From Gemmatimonadota bacterium (GTDB lineage Bacteria > Latescibacterota > UBA2968 > UBA8231), in contig JAYOYH010000018.1 of assembly GCA_038153405.1 (NCBI GenBank), positions 1 through 45,969 on the forward strand: 45,969 nucleotides of DNA, given 5' to 3'. The notes below the pieces were generated by a model, which did not search any database, had not been told where the DNA came from, and saw nothing but the letters and a program-made list of their open reading frames with translations. Positions 1 through 9,930 of this stretch are shown one piece after another. Each line of letters starts with the position of its first letter. Within the stretch, counting starts at the first letter, position 1. The translations under genes were made by a program, and so were the position numbers.

Positions 1-2
1 AA

Positions 3-323
3 GTGGTGGTATACGACGAGTACGGCGGCACGCGCATGCTGCGCACGCGCGCGTGGAAGTACGTGCACCGCTATCCGGACGGTCCGTGCGAGCTATACGA
101 CTTGGTTGAGGATCCAGACGAGCGCGTGAACAAGATGGATGATGTCGATCAGCGCGCGCGCGTCGAGGCGCTGCGCGGGCAGTTAGAAGCGTGGTTTGCG
201 CGCTATGTTATCGCCGACAAGGACGGCCGCGAAGCCCCCGTGCGCGGGGCCGGACAGCTGCGGCCCATAGGCGCTAAGTGGAACGATGACCGGCGCGCGG
301 CTTTTGCGCAAAAAGAAGATTAG
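3..323 (+). CDS. Sulfatase-like hydrolase, C-terminal fragment (truncated by window start)
   Basis: Typical sulfatase C-terminus: RMLRTRAWKYV...ELYDLVEDPDERVN...LRGQLEAW. Confidence 0.8.
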   Translation: MVVYDEYGGTRMLRTRAWKYVHRYPDGPCELYDLVEDPDERVNKMDDVDQRARVEALRGQLEAWFARYVIADKDGREAPVRGAGQLRPIGAKWNDDRRAAFAQKED

Positions 324-344
324 CAGACCGAGGAGGATGCGACG

Positions 345-1172
345 ATGGCCTATGTAGATGCCCATGTCCACGTGTGGACAGACGACGTAGAAAAATACCC
401 GCTGGCCGATGGGTATACGCCCACTGAAATGCAGCCGCCGACGTTTTTCCCAGGAGATATTCTCGCCCATGCCCGTCCCTGCGGCGTTGAGCGCGTGGTG
501 CTGGTACAGATGAGCTATTACGGTTTCGACAATCGCTATATGCTCGACGTCATGCGCGCGTATGCGGGCGTTTTTTCGGGCATTGCCGTGATCGATATGC
601 AGGCGGAGCGGCCAGATGACGAGATGTGCCGCCTGGCAGCACTCGGCGTGCGCGGCTTTCGCGTGCAGCCGCGCGGCGATATAGAACGCTGGTTAGACGG
701 GGCTGGCTACGAGCGCGCTTTCCGCTGCGGCGCCGACGAAAAGCTGGCCATTTGTCCGCTCATCAATCCCGACGCGCTGCCGGCGCTGGAGCGCATGTGC
801 GAACGGTTTCCCGAAACCCCGGTCATTGTCGATCACCTATGTCGCATCGGGGCAAGCAATCCCATTGGCGAGGAAGACGTAGAGGCGCTCTGCGCGCTGG
901 CGCGCTATCCGCAGGTCATGGTCAAGGTGTCGGCCTTTTACGCGCTGGGCGAAAAGAGAGAACCCTACGGAGATTTGGCGCCGATGATTGAGCGCGTGTA
1001 CCGGGCGTTTGGCGCCGAACGCCTGATGTGGGCCAGCGACTGCCCCTACCAGGTGCAGGGCGAATATACCTACGATGCCAGCGTCAAATTGGTTGAAGAG
1101 CGACTGGAGTTTCTATCGGCGTCGGATCGGGCGCAGATACTGGGCGGGACGGCAGAGCGGTTTTTCTTTTAA
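345..1172 (+). CDS. Amidohydrolase_2 family protein (sugar lactonase/LigI-like)
   Basis: N-terminal DAHVHVW, GVRGFR, IVDHLC, VKVSA, RLMWASDCP motifs; GAGGAGG RBS upstream. Confidence 0.85.
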   Translation: MAYVDAHVHVWTDDVEKYPLADGYTPTEMQPPTFFPGDILAHARPCGVERVVLVQMSYYGFDNRYMLDVMRAYAGVFSGIAVIDMQAERPDDEMCRLAALGVRGFRVQPRGDIERWLDGAGYERAFRCGADEKLAICPLINPDALPALERMCERFPETPVIVDHLCRIGASNPIGEEDVEALCALARYPQVMVKVSAFYALGEKREPYGDLAPMIERVYRAFGAERLMWASDCPYQVQGEYTYDASVKLVEERLEFLSASDRAQILGGTAERFFF

Positions 1173-1194
1173 ATTGCCGCTGGTCTGCCGCGTT

Positions 1195-2703
1195 TTAGTC
1201 GCCCATTTGGGGCGTATCGAGAAAGTCCATTTCTGGACGCAAATCCCAGCGGCACTGGTCGGGCGGCTGCACGGTGCGTCCCCATCCCGCCAAGATGCTG
1301 CTTTCCTCGCGCCACTCGCCCAGGCGCGCGGAGATGTGTTCGGGATCCCAGCCATCAAGCACTTCGTTGGTTAGGTCGGTTACCACGCTCTGGCAGGCCG
1401 GATCGGCGGCGCGGTCCTGCGTTTCGCGCGGGTCTTCTTCGAGGTTGAACAGCTGTGGAGGCTGACCGTGGTAGTAGATCAGCTTCCACGGGCCGCGGCG
1501 CACCATGCGCTGGAACGTGCCTTCTTGCGGAAAGGGGCCGCCGGCGCCGGCCGCGTCGTAGCACAGCTCGGAAAAGGCCACGTCGTCCCACGACGACGTT
1601 TCGCCGCGTAGCAGCGGCAATAGGCTGCGGCCGCGCGAGGAGGGCAGCGCCGGGCAGTCGAGCGCGTCGAGCATGGTAGCGTTCAGGTCGAGGGAGGAGA
1701 CGACGTGCGGTGAGCGCACGCCGGCGGGTAGCGTTCCCGGCCAGGATAGAATCGCCGGCACTTTAACCGAATCCTCGTAGAAGGTCTGCTTCCACCACAG
1801 GCCGTGCTCTCCAACCTGTTCGCCGTGATCCGAGGTGTAGACAATCAGCGTATTGTCGGCCAGGTCGTTTTCGCACAGCGCGGTCAGGATTTGGCCGATC
1901 AGCACGTCCATGCGCTCGACCAACGCCCAGTAGGCCGCGCGCGCGCGTCGTACTTCCTCTTCGCTCACCTCTTCGATGCCGCAGGCCGAGCGCCACGCCC
2001 TGAGGTGTGGATGCAGGTGATCGCCAAAGGGCTCGGGCGTTTTCGGCGGGAACATGTTCTCATAGTAGTATTCGTAGTCGGCGCGCCGCGCGACAAAGGG
2101 TTGGTGCGGCAGCATAAAGCCAACCGAGAGCGAAAAGGGTTCGGCGGGCTGGCCGGCGCGCTTTTTGACGCCGAGGCGATTAAAGAAATCTACGGTCGCT
2201 GCCGTTACGTCTTCGTCGTGCACCTGGTAGGCGCTCTGGCCGTGCCCGGCTTTTTCGAGACTGACGCGTCCGGGGCCGGCGGTGCCGGAAAGGAAGCCGT
2301 GGTCGACGCCGCGTCCGCCCATTTGGTTGGGACCGTGGTCGCCGACGAGGCGTTCGGCGTAGCCGCGCAGCTGGTCGGGGCCATTGGAATGCATGCGGCC
2401 GATCAGCACAGGGCGATAGCCGCCGGCGCCCATGGCGTGGGCGAGGGTGGGTATGCTCGAGTCGAGGATCTGGTTATTGGTCCACACGCCGTTTTCGTGC
2501 GGATAGCGGCCCGAAAGCATGGACATGCGCGACGGTACGCAGATGGGCGAGGGGCAGTAGGTATTGTCGAGGACGATGCCCTGCGCGGCCAGCGCATCGA
2601 GATGCGGCGTGCGCACCAGCGGGTCGCCGTAGCAGCCGTTGACATAGGGGCTATGCTGGTCGGAGTGAATGTATAGCAGATTCGTTTGCGATGTGTCGGG
2701 CAT
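1195..2703 (-). CDS. Sulfatase (choline-sulfatase-like, Cys-type formylglycine motif)
   Basis: HSDQH, ICVPSRMSMLSGRY (CxPxR), GRMH, YTSDHGEQVGEHGLWWKQTFYEDSVKVP, QLFNLEEDPRE. Confidence 0.92.
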   Translation of the reverse strand: MPDTSQTNLLYIHSDQHSPYVNGCYGDPLVRTPHLDALAAQGIVLDNTYCPSPICVPSRMSMLSGRYPHENGVWTNNQILDSSIPTLAHAMGAGGYRPVLIGRMHSNGPDQLRGYAERLVGDHGPNQMGGRGVDHGFLSGTAGPGRVSLEKAGHGQSAYQVHDEDVTAATVDFFNRLGVKKRAGQPAEPFSLSVGFMLPHQPFVARRADYEYYYENMFPPKTPEPFGDHLHPHLRAWRSACGIEEVSEEEVRRARAAYWALVERMDVLIGQILTALCENDLADNTLIVYTSDHGEQVGEHGLWWKQTFYEDSVKVPAILSWPGTLPAGVRSPHVVSSLDLNATMLDALDCPALPSSRGRSLLPLLRGETSSWDDVAFSELCYDAAGAGGPFPQEGTFQRMVRRGPWKLIYYHGQPPQLFNLEEDPRETQDRAADPACQSVVTDLTNEVLDGWDPEHISARLGEWREESSILAGWGRTVQPPDQCRWDLRPEMDFLDTPQMGD

Positions 2704-2803
2704 GGCGTCTCGATTTGGTTTGGGGTAGAGGCGCAGAAGCGGCGTGCGGGTTTTTCAGGCCTGCTTCTGGTTGCTCCGTAGATCGGATGGCACCGTTTCC
2801 GCT

Positions 2804-2832
2804 AAGGTAGGACGCGGCGGAAAGAGGGTCAA
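2804..2832 (-). promoter_or_regulatory. Sigma70-like promoter for the sulfatase
   Basis: Minus strand TTGACC-17 bp-TACCTT in the divergent intergenic region. Confidence 0.55.
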
Positions 2833-2904
2833 TATAGGATTGCTATTGTGCCCATTTTTTCGGTGATTACAATGTGAATTATACAAAGATAAGTGAGAGT
2901 TGGT

Positions 2905-3663
2905 ATGGTCAAAATACGACGCGTCGGTATCACAGGTGCCAACGGTTCAATCGGTCGCGTGCTGATGGCGGGCTTGGCAGACGAGTATGAGCTCAAAGCG
3001 TTTTCTCGCCGCGAGGTTGAGTTTCCAACGACGCTAGTCCACTTTGATCGAGCGGGCGATGTGCACGGGGCATTCGATGGACTTGATGCCGTTATACACT
3101 TGGCTGCCGATCCAAGCCCGACGGCGCCGTGGGAGCGCGTGCGCGAGCACAATATCGAGGCGATGTACAACGTCGTAGAAGAGTGCGTGCGCGCTCGCGT
3201 GCGCCGGCTGGTCTTCGCCTCGACTAACCACACGATGCACGGCAATAGCATTCTCAGCACGCCGGAGACGCTCGATCCGCAAAAGCAGATGCAAATGAAG
3301 TTAGGTGATGCGCCCAACCCGGATTCGCTCTACGCCGTATCCAAGCTGTTTGGCGAGCATCTCGGCAAGCTCTACAGCGAGCAGCGCGGCCTGTCGTTTG
3401 TCGGGTTGCGCATCGGTTGGACCATACCCGAAAACGATCCAACCGTAATGCGCGGCACGCCGGCAGAAGACTATATGCGCGCCATGTTTCTCAGCCACCG
3501 CGACTGCGTGCAGGCCCATCGGCGGGCGCTGGAAGTCGATGTGCGCTTTATGCTGGCCTACGTCGTTAGCAACAACGGTCGACGCGTGTTCGACCTGGAA
3601 GAGACGCGCGCTCAGTTGGGCTATGAGCCCGAAGACGATGCCGAAGCATTCTTTGCTCGATGA
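2905..3663 (+). CDS. NAD-dependent epimerase/dehydrogenase (extended SDR, uronate dehydrogenase-like)
   Basis: ITGANGSIG, IHLAA, FASTNH, LYAVSK (YxxxK), LRIG; ATG 2905 preferred over GTG 2893. Confidence 0.85.
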   Translation: MVKIRRVGITGANGSIGRVLMAGLADEYELKAFSRREVEFPTTLVHFDRAGDVHGAFDGLDAVIHLAADPSPTAPWERVREHNIEAMYNVVEECVRARVRRLVFASTNHTMHGNSILSTPETLDPQKQMQMKLGDAPNPDSLYAVSKLFGEHLGKLYSEQRGLSFVGLRIGWTIPENDPTVMRGTPAEDYMRAMFLSHRDCVQAHRRALEVDVRFMLAYVVSNNGRRVFDLEETRAQLGYEPEDDAEAFFAR

Positions 3664-4400
3664 GTGTGCGGCGCGACTACGCTCAACTGCTGCAGCGCAT
3701 AGAGGCACTTCGAGGTCGGCAGTGCGAAGACCACGTTCTGGCTGAAATTGCAGGCTATCCCATTGTGCTAGTCAGGCGCTCCCTGCGCGATGACGTTCCC
3801 ACCGCGTTGCTCAGCGGGGGCACGCACGGCGATGAGCCGGCCGGTGTCGAGGCGGCCATGGCCTTTTTACAGCGCGATATTTCCGACTGGCTGCAGTATC
3901 TCAGCTTTGAGGTCCTCGTTTGCCTCAATGCCCACGGCTATGTGCACAACGCGCGCCACAATGTGCAAGGCGTAGATGTCAACTGGGCTTGGTCGAGGGA
4001 AGATGTGCCGGAAGTGCAGGTGATAAAGGAGTGGGTGCGCGATCGGCGCTTCGAGTTCGTGTGCGACTTTCACGAAGATTGGGAGAGTCCGGGGTTTTAT
4101 CTGTATGAGATGCGCCGCGATGTCCCCGCATTGAGCGAGCAGATAACCGCAGCGGTCGAGCCGATCTGTCCGCTCAATCTCAGTGCAGAAATCGAGGGTA
4201 TGAAAGCGGTGCGAGGTGTCGTTCAAGCTGACAATAAGCGGGCGGAGCGCTTGCGAGGACAGGGCATTCCCATCGAATTATACAACGGCCATACGGACCA
4301 TCTATTGACGCTGGAGTCGCCGACCGAGCGGCCGTTGGAGATGCGGGTTGCCGCACATATGGCGGGGTTGGACGTAGTAGTGGCCGCGCATTTGCCTTAG
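3660..4400 (+). CDS. M14 zinc carboxypeptidase / succinylglutamate desuccinylase-aspartoacylase family
   Basis: GGTHGDEPAG (HxxE), NAHG...RHN...DVN, DFHED, LTLESP; ATGA overlap with upstream gene. Confidence 0.85.
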   Translation: MSVRRDYAQLLQRIEALRGRQCEDHVLAEIAGYPIVLVRRSLRDDVPTALLSGGTHGDEPAGVEAAMAFLQRDISDWLQYLSFEVLVCLNAHGYVHNARHNVQGVDVNWAWSREDVPEVQVIKEWVRDRRFEFVCDFHEDWESPGFYLYEMRRDVPALSEQITAAVEPICPLNLSAEIEGMKAVRGVVQADNKRAERLRGQGIPIELYNGHTDHLLTLESPTERPLEMRVAAHMAGLDVVVAAHLP

Positions 4401-4481
4401 GGTAGCTGAAGCGTCAGATTATGAGCGCATAATGGCCTGTCGCGTCCTTCGTCTTATTTTCCCATATCGGTTGTTTCTGGA

Positions 4482-6131
4482 ATGAAAGAGAGCCGTCAAA
4501 AAAAGAAGCACGCCGTTCGCGAGCGCACGGTGTCCGTCGAGCCAACGCCGTCGCTGCGAGAGCGGTTTTGCGCCTATGCCGATAGCTCGCAGGGGCTGCG
4601 CGTTCTGCCGGCACTAGTCGCTCTGTGCACGCTGCTCATCGGAAGCTGGACCTTTGATCCGAAGCTCTCGCTGAGCGGCGACAACGCCGAGTTTATTACG
4701 CTGGCGCGCAGTCTGGCCCAGGGTGAGGGGTTGGTGCATATCAACTCGCCCGATCCGCAACCGGCGACCAAATACCCCTTTGGTTTTCCCCTCGTACTTG
4801 CTCCTGTTGAACTGCTCTTTCCCGGCGAGTGGACGCCGATGAAGGCGTGGGTTCTGGTGCTCTTCTCATTGGGTATGGGCGCGCTGTACCTGCTCGTGCG
4901 CGACGCGCTGGGCGCGCTGCCTGCGCTGGCGGTAGTTGGGCTGAGTCTGACGGCCGGGCAGAGCTACCTGACGACGGGACCCGATGGACACGTTTTCGGT
5001 CCACTGCTGCTGCACTTTTCGCACCAGGTGATGTCGGAAGCGCCTTTTCTCGCGGTGTCGTTGGTCGCTCTGTGGCTACTGCAGCGCGGCGTACAGCGAG
5101 AGGGCGTGCTAAACAACCCTCCTCTCATCGGGGGTTTTGTTTGCGCGATGCTATCCTATTACATCCGCAGCGTGGGGATCGCGCTATTGGCAGCGGCGAT
5201 CGTCTATTTGCTGCTGCAGCGCGATATGCGGCGCGGGCTGATCTTTGCCTGTGCTTCGTTTGTAGCCTGGCTGCCGTGGACGCTGCGCAATCGCGCCGTG
5301 GGCGGCGGCGGCGTGTACCTCGAGCAGTTAGTGCAAGTAAATCCCTATTATCCCGAGCGCGGAATGCTCGATTTCGCCGGTGTAGTAGATCGGTTGTTGA
5401 GCAACGGCGCGACCTATATCAACGTCGAATTGCCCCGCCTGCTGTGGCCTTTTTTTTCGGGTGCAGGTGGATTTGGACCGGTCGCCGTTTTTGTTCTTAT
5501 TATAGCGGCCTATACGCTGATGCAGGCGCTGCGCTTTCGCCGCGATGTGCTGCTAGTCCTCTACACTGCTTTTACCATCGGCGTGGCGCTGCTGTGGTTT
5601 TGGGTCGACGCGCGCTTTCTCTTCGGCGTCGTGCCGCTGTTTATCTACTTTGCCGTGCGCGCGGTCAACGATCTGGCCGATGGTCTGTCGGCGCAAGGCG
5701 GTCCCTGGACGGGGCGCGCACTGCGTTGGGGATTGTTGGTCGCCGTTGCATGGGGGCAGGTGCCGGGCGTGGCGCGCCTGGCCGAATACGCGCGCGCCGA
5801 TTATCCGCCGGCGTGGAGCCGCTATTATCAGGCGGGCCAATGGCTCAAAGAGCACGCCGCTGCCGATGCCATTGTGCTGTGTCGCAAGGGCTATTGGATG
5901 TATATCGTTTCGGGGCGGCGCTGCGTTGGTTTTCCCTTCGAGCATACCGACGCCGTGCTGGCGCATATGGAGCGCGAAAAAGTCGATTACGTCGTTTTGG
6001 AAAGCTTGGGTTTTGCGCAGACGGCGCAGTATCTGGTGCCCGCCGTCAACGAGCACTTAGGTCTGTTTGAAATTGTGTGGAAAGACGAAGTGGTTCCAAC
6101 GTACGTGCTGAAGTTTAACGGCTCTTCATAG
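4482..6131 (+). CDS. Polytopic membrane GT-C-type (ArnT/PMT-like) glycosyltransferase
   Basis: Many hydrophobic segments; SGDNAEFITLARSLAQG, KYPFGFP, VMSEAPF, RSVGIAL; C-terminal soluble domain. Confidence 0.7.
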   Translation: MKESRQKKKHAVRERTVSVEPTPSLRERFCAYADSSQGLRVLPALVALCTLLIGSWTFDPKLSLSGDNAEFITLARSLAQGEGLVHINSPDPQPATKYPFGFPLVLAPVELLFPGEWTPMKAWVLVLFSLGMGALYLLVRDALGALPALAVVGLSLTAGQSYLTTGPDGHVFGPLLLHFSHQVMSEAPFLAVSLVALWLLQRGVQREGVLNNPPLIGGFVCAMLSYYIRSVGIALLAAAIVYLLLQRDMRRGLIFACASFVAWLPWTLRNRAVGGGGVYLEQLVQVNPYYPERGMLDFAGVVDRLLSNGATYINVELPRLLWPFFSGAGGFGPVAVFVLIIAAYTLMQALRFRRDVLLVLYTAFTIGVALLWFWVDARFLFGVVPLFIYFAVRAVNDLADGLSAQGGPWTGRALRWGLLVAVAWGQVPGVARLAEYARADYPPAWSRYYQAGQWLKEHAAADAIVLCRKGYWMYIVSGRRCVGFPFEHTDAVLAHMEREKVDYVVLESLGFAQTAQYLVPAVNEHLGLFEIVWKDEVVPTYVLKFNGSS

Positions 6132-6144
6132 GGCTCAAGAGCGC

Positions 6145-6174
6145 TTGCCCTGCCTGCGCGGGGCGCGCTATATT
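6145..6174 (+). promoter_or_regulatory. Possible sigma70-like promoter
   Basis: TTGCCC-18 bp-TATATT upstream of GTG 6219. Confidence 0.35.
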
Positions 6175-6218
6175 GTAGCATCCGCGCACTAGTATCCCCT
6201 CAAAAAAGTCAACTTTAC

Positions 6219-8132
6219 GTGTCCAATCGCTTTGCCCTATTGGGGCCCTTCCTATCGTATGTGCTGCTCAGTTTGGTTTTTACCTACCCGCTAGTCGCTC
6301 ACCTAACTACGCATGTGCCGGGCAGACTCGAAGGCGATGTGCCCGTTTACATATGGAATCTCTGGTGGATGAAGCACTCGTTAATGGAGTGGCATTCGCC
6401 GCTGTTTAGCGATTATATCTTTGCGCCGTACGGCGTTTCGCTCGCTTTTCATGCCTTTGTTTTTATGAAGGCTTTTATGGCAGTACCGCTACAGGCGATA
6501 ACAACGGCCTGGACCGCCTATAATGTACTCATCCTCTTCACGTTTACCACGGCGGGTTTTTCTATGTTCCTGCTGGCGCGCGCGCTGACGGGCGATGCGC
6601 TAGCTGCTTGGGTTGCGGGCATAGCCTATGCCTTCAGCCCCTATATGCTGACGCGCGGGTTGGGTCATCTAAACTATCTGAGCGGCGAGTGGATGCCGCT
6701 CTACATTCTGTGCCTCATCAAATTGGTCGAGTCGGCCCAGCGGCGCTGGGCGCTGGCCGGCAGTGCCTTTCTGTTGCTGACGGCCTATTGCGAATACTAC
6801 TACTTGATCTACATGACGCTCTTCACGGTGCTCTATCTGGTGTGGTGTTGTGTGCGGCGGCGAGAGAAGGTTTTTAACGTCCAATTTGCGCAAAACTTTC
6901 TGCTTATGGGTGCGCTCAGTGCGCTGGGTTTTGCTCCCATTCTGAGCATGCTGCAGGGCAGCGGACAGGGCGAATACCTCTACGGTGGATGGGGTGCGAC
7001 GGCGAAACTGGGCGCCGATGCGCTGGCCTTTTTCGTGCCGCCAACCGGCTCGTTGCTGTATGGGGATATAGGCGCGCCGCTGTATGAGGTGTTTTCGGGC
7101 GGCAATGCCATAGAAGGGACGGTTTTTGCTGGCTTTGTCGCCCTTGCCCTCGTCGCCTATGCAGCCGTCCGCCTGCGCACGGACGAAGCCGTGCGGCCCT
7201 GGCTGTGGATTGCGCTGGCCTTTTTCGTGCTGTCGCTGGGACCGCTGCTGCATATTGGAGGCGACTTTGTCTTTGGCGCAGGTCCGCTGCGCGTAGCGGT
7301 GCCCCTGCCCTATATCGGCTTGCGCTTCATTCCGCTTGTCAAAGGCGCGCGTGTGCCGGCGCGCTTTGATATTGTGGTTGCGCTGTGCCTAGCGGTGCTC
7401 ATCGCTTTTGCGCTGTGGCATCTACGCGCGCGCTGGCAGCACGCCAATCGCTGGACGGCCCTCGTTGCCATTCTGCTGTGCCTAGAGTACCTTAGGCTGC
7501 CCTATCCAGTAGCACCCGTTGGCGTGCCGAGCGCCTATGAAGAGGTGGCGCGCGATCCGCGCGATGTGGCCGTTTTAGACGTGCCGCTGGGCTGGCGCAC
7601 CGGCTGGGGCGATACAGGGCGCACGTTCGATCATCAGCAGCTGTATCAAATCGCGCACGGCAAGCGCCTCATCGGCGGTTTTGCCTCGCGCGTGCCCGAA
7701 GCGGAGCTGCAGCGCATGCTCGCCCTGCCGGGCGTCGGTGAACTGCTGGCCTTGCAGGAGGCGCTACCCGCGCCGATCGCGCCGACGGCCGCGCGGCGCG
7801 GGGCCATTCGCGCCCAGCTGGTCGAACTGCTTGACCACCTGCCCGAATTTGTGCGTCAGCGCGTGCTGCGCGATGCCTCGGTCGTCAACTTTCTGGCGGA
7901 TGCGTCTGCTGAGCAGCAGCGCGTGCAGGAGGCGCCGCGCGTGGGGCGGCTGGAACAGCTAGTACAAGAAGTCGGGCTGGGTTACGTATTTTTGCACCCG
8001 CCCTACAGCGCTTTTGCACCGATGCGGCGCCATATAGAAGCGGAGCTACCCGTGGAGAAATTTTACGAGCACGGCGGGCTGATTGGCTACCGAGTCGTCG
8101 AAACGAATCGCCGAGGATACCCGTGGGAATAG
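6219..8132 (+). CDS. Polytopic membrane protein, YfhO-like/GT-C glycosyltransferase
   Basis: DVPVYIWNLWW, AYAFSPY, GHLN, ARVPARF, LYQIAHGKRLIGGF; more than 10 hydrophobic segments. Confidence 0.65.
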   Translation: MSNRFALLGPFLSYVLLSLVFTYPLVAHLTTHVPGRLEGDVPVYIWNLWWMKHSLMEWHSPLFSDYIFAPYGVSLAFHAFVFMKAFMAVPLQAITTAWTAYNVLILFTFTTAGFSMFLLARALTGDALAAWVAGIAYAFSPYMLTRGLGHLNYLSGEWMPLYILCLIKLVESAQRRWALAGSAFLLLTAYCEYYYLIYMTLFTVLYLVWCCVRRREKVFNVQFAQNFLLMGALSALGFAPILSMLQGSGQGEYLYGGWGATAKLGADALAFFVPPTGSLLYGDIGAPLYEVFSGGNAIEGTVFAGFVALALVAYAAVRLRTDEAVRPWLWIALAFFVLSLGPLLHIGGDFVFGAGPLRVAVPLPYIGLRFIPLVKGARVPARFDIVVALCLAVLIAFALWHLRARWQHANRWTALVAILLCLEYLRLPYPVAPVGVPSAYEEVARDPRDVAVLDVPLGWRTGWGDTGRTFDHQQLYQIAHGKRLIGGFASRVPEAELQRMLALPGVGELLALQEALPAPIAPTAARRGAIRAQLVELLDHLPEFVRQRVLRDASVVNFLADASAEQQRVQEAPRVGRLEQLVQEVGLGYVFLHPPYSAFAPMRRHIEAELPVEKFYEHGGLIGYRVVETNRRGYPWE

Positions 8133-8851
8133 AATCAAAAACAGAACCAACGCTGTATGTTGTTATTCCGGCCCTCAATGAAGAGGACAATATCGCGCGC
8201 ACGCTGGAGCAAATCGAGGCCGCCGTCGATTGGCCGCACGAGATCATCGTTGTCAACGACCATTCGACGGACGGTACGGAAGACGTCGTGCGCACCTTTG
8301 GCCAGCAGCATCCCCACGTCCGCGTGGTCAATAACGAGGGCGATAGGGGTTTTAGCAACGCGCTCAAAGTAGGATATGCAGCGGCGGGTGACGGGGCGAT
8401 CGTGACGATGATGGCCGATTTGTGCGACGATCCGCACACCCTGAAACCTATGTATGAAAAGATCCTTGAAGGCTACGATGTCGTATGCGGTTCCCGCTAC
8501 ATGCCGGGAGGTGGCAAAGAGCGCGAGGACAGCGAAGTGAAGGGGGCGCTATCGCGCTTTGTCGGGCTGTCGCTGCGCCGGTTAGTCGGCGTGCCGACAC
8601 ACGATGCGACCAATGCCTTCAAGATGTATCGGAGTCAAATAATCAAGAACATACCCATTGAGGAGGCGGGCTTTGCCTGTTCAATGGAGATTACCGTAAA
8701 GGCCTTTTTGCGCGGAGCGCGCATTGCGGAAGTGCCGACGGTATGGCAGGGACGCACGGCCGGCAAGTCGAAGTTCAGCATGCTCAAAGGCGGTAAGGAC
8801 TACCTGCGCTGGTATATCTGGGCCATTCTACTGCGCAAGCATAAGTTCTGA
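8123..8851 (+). CDS. GT2 glycosyltransferase (DPM1-like polyprenol-phosphate glycosyltransferase)
   Basis: VVIPALNEEDNI, VNDHSTDGT, MMADLCDDP, VCGSRY, DATNAFKMY, RTAGKSKF. Confidence 0.88.
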   Translation: MGIESKTEPTLYVVIPALNEEDNIARTLEQIEAAVDWPHEIIVVNDHSTDGTEDVVRTFGQQHPHVRVVNNEGDRGFSNALKVGYAAAGDGAIVTMMADLCDDPHTLKPMYEKILEGYDVVCGSRYMPGGGKEREDSEVKGALSRFVGLSLRRLVGVPTHDATNAFKMYRSQIIKNIPIEEAGFACSMEITVKAFLRGARIAEVPTVWQGRTAGKSKFSMLKGGKDYLRWYIWAILLRKHKF

Positions 8852-9919
8852 TTAGACGCCCTCTTTTTCGCGCGTCGCCGCGACGATCTCTTCTAAAATC
8901 CGCTCTATATCGTATTCGTAGTGCCAAGTGGGATAGTGCGCCTGAAATTTGCGCACGTCGCTGATCCACCAGATGTGGTCGCCGGAGCGCGCTTCGTCGG
9001 ATAGCGCGTAGGTCAGCTCCCTGCCGGCTAGGTGCTGAGCAATATCGATCGCCTCCAGCATAGAGCAATTGCTATGCCGTCCACCGCCCATGTTGTAGAC
9101 TTCGCCGCAGCGCGGATTTTCCACGAAGTGCCAAAAGGCGCTGACTAGATCGTGGCTGTGGATATTGTCGCGCACCTGCTTGCCCTTATAGCCGAAAATG
9201 GTGTAGGGGCGACCGATGACGATGCACTTGACCAGATAGGCGAGAAATCCGTGCAGTTCGGCGGCCGAGTGCGCCGGGCCGGTAAGGCAGCCGCCGCGAA
9301 AGGCAGCCGTTTTAATGCCAAAGTAGCGGCCGTACTCCTGTGTGAGCACGTCGGCCGCAACTTTGGACGCGCCGAATAAGCTGTGCTTAGACTGGTCGAT
9401 CCGCAGCATTTCGTCGATGCCGTGTGCGTAGTAGGGATGGTCCTCGGCGATTTCCCAGCGCGTTGCGCATTCGACCAAGGGGAGTTCGTTGGGCGCGTCG
9501 CCGTAGACCTTGTTGGTGCTAGTGAAGATAAAGGCCGCATCGGGGCAGTGCTTGCGCGTGGCTTCGAGCAGATTGAGCGTGCCGTTGGCGTTGACGCTAA
9601 AGTCGGTTAGAGGCTCGCGCGCTGCCCAGTCGTGCGAAGGCTGCGCGGCCGTGTGTATGACGACGGATACATCGCTGCCGCACTCGGCAAAGAGCTGGTC
9701 AATGGCCGCCTCATCGCGGATGTCGATGGCGCGGTGGTGGTAGTTTCTCAGCGACGATTGGAGCGCTTCGCGATTCCACTGCGTAGAGCCGTCCTCGCCG
9801 AAGAAGTAGGCGCGCATATTGTTGTCCACGCCAATGATATCTAGGCCTTTTTCGTGAAAGAACTTACACGATTCGCTGCCGATCAGGCCGGCTGAACCGG
9901 TGATAAGGGCAATGCTCAC
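8852..9919 (-). CDS. NAD-dependent epimerase, CDP-paratose 2-epimerase (RfbE)-like
   Basis: [49 protein letters not shown]. Confidence 0.85.
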   Translation of the reverse strand: MSIALITGSAGLIGSESCKFFHEKGLDIIGVDNNMRAYFFGEDGSTQWNREALQSSLRNYHHRAIDIRDEAAIDQLFAECGSDVSVVIHTAAQPSHDWAAREPLTDFSVNANGTLNLLEATRKHCPDAAFIFTSTNKVYGDAPNELPLVECATRWEIAEDHPYYAHGIDEMLRIDQSKHSLFGASKVAADVLTQEYGRYFGIKTAAFRGGCLTGPAHSAAELHGFLAYLVKCIVIGRPYTIFGYKGKQVRDNIHSHDLVSAFWHFVENPRCGEVYNMGGGRHSNCSMLEAIDIAQHLAGRELTYALSDEARSGDHIWWISDVRKFQAHYPTWHYEYDIERILEEIVAATREKEGV

Positions 9920-9930
9920 AGACCGTTCTC

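Noticed and set aside
4829..6070. Long alternative-frame ORFs (also 1804..2676, 41987..42676, 44017..44775 and many others)
   Set aside because: Arg/Ala-rich or antisense shadows expected in high-GC coding DNA; no motifs
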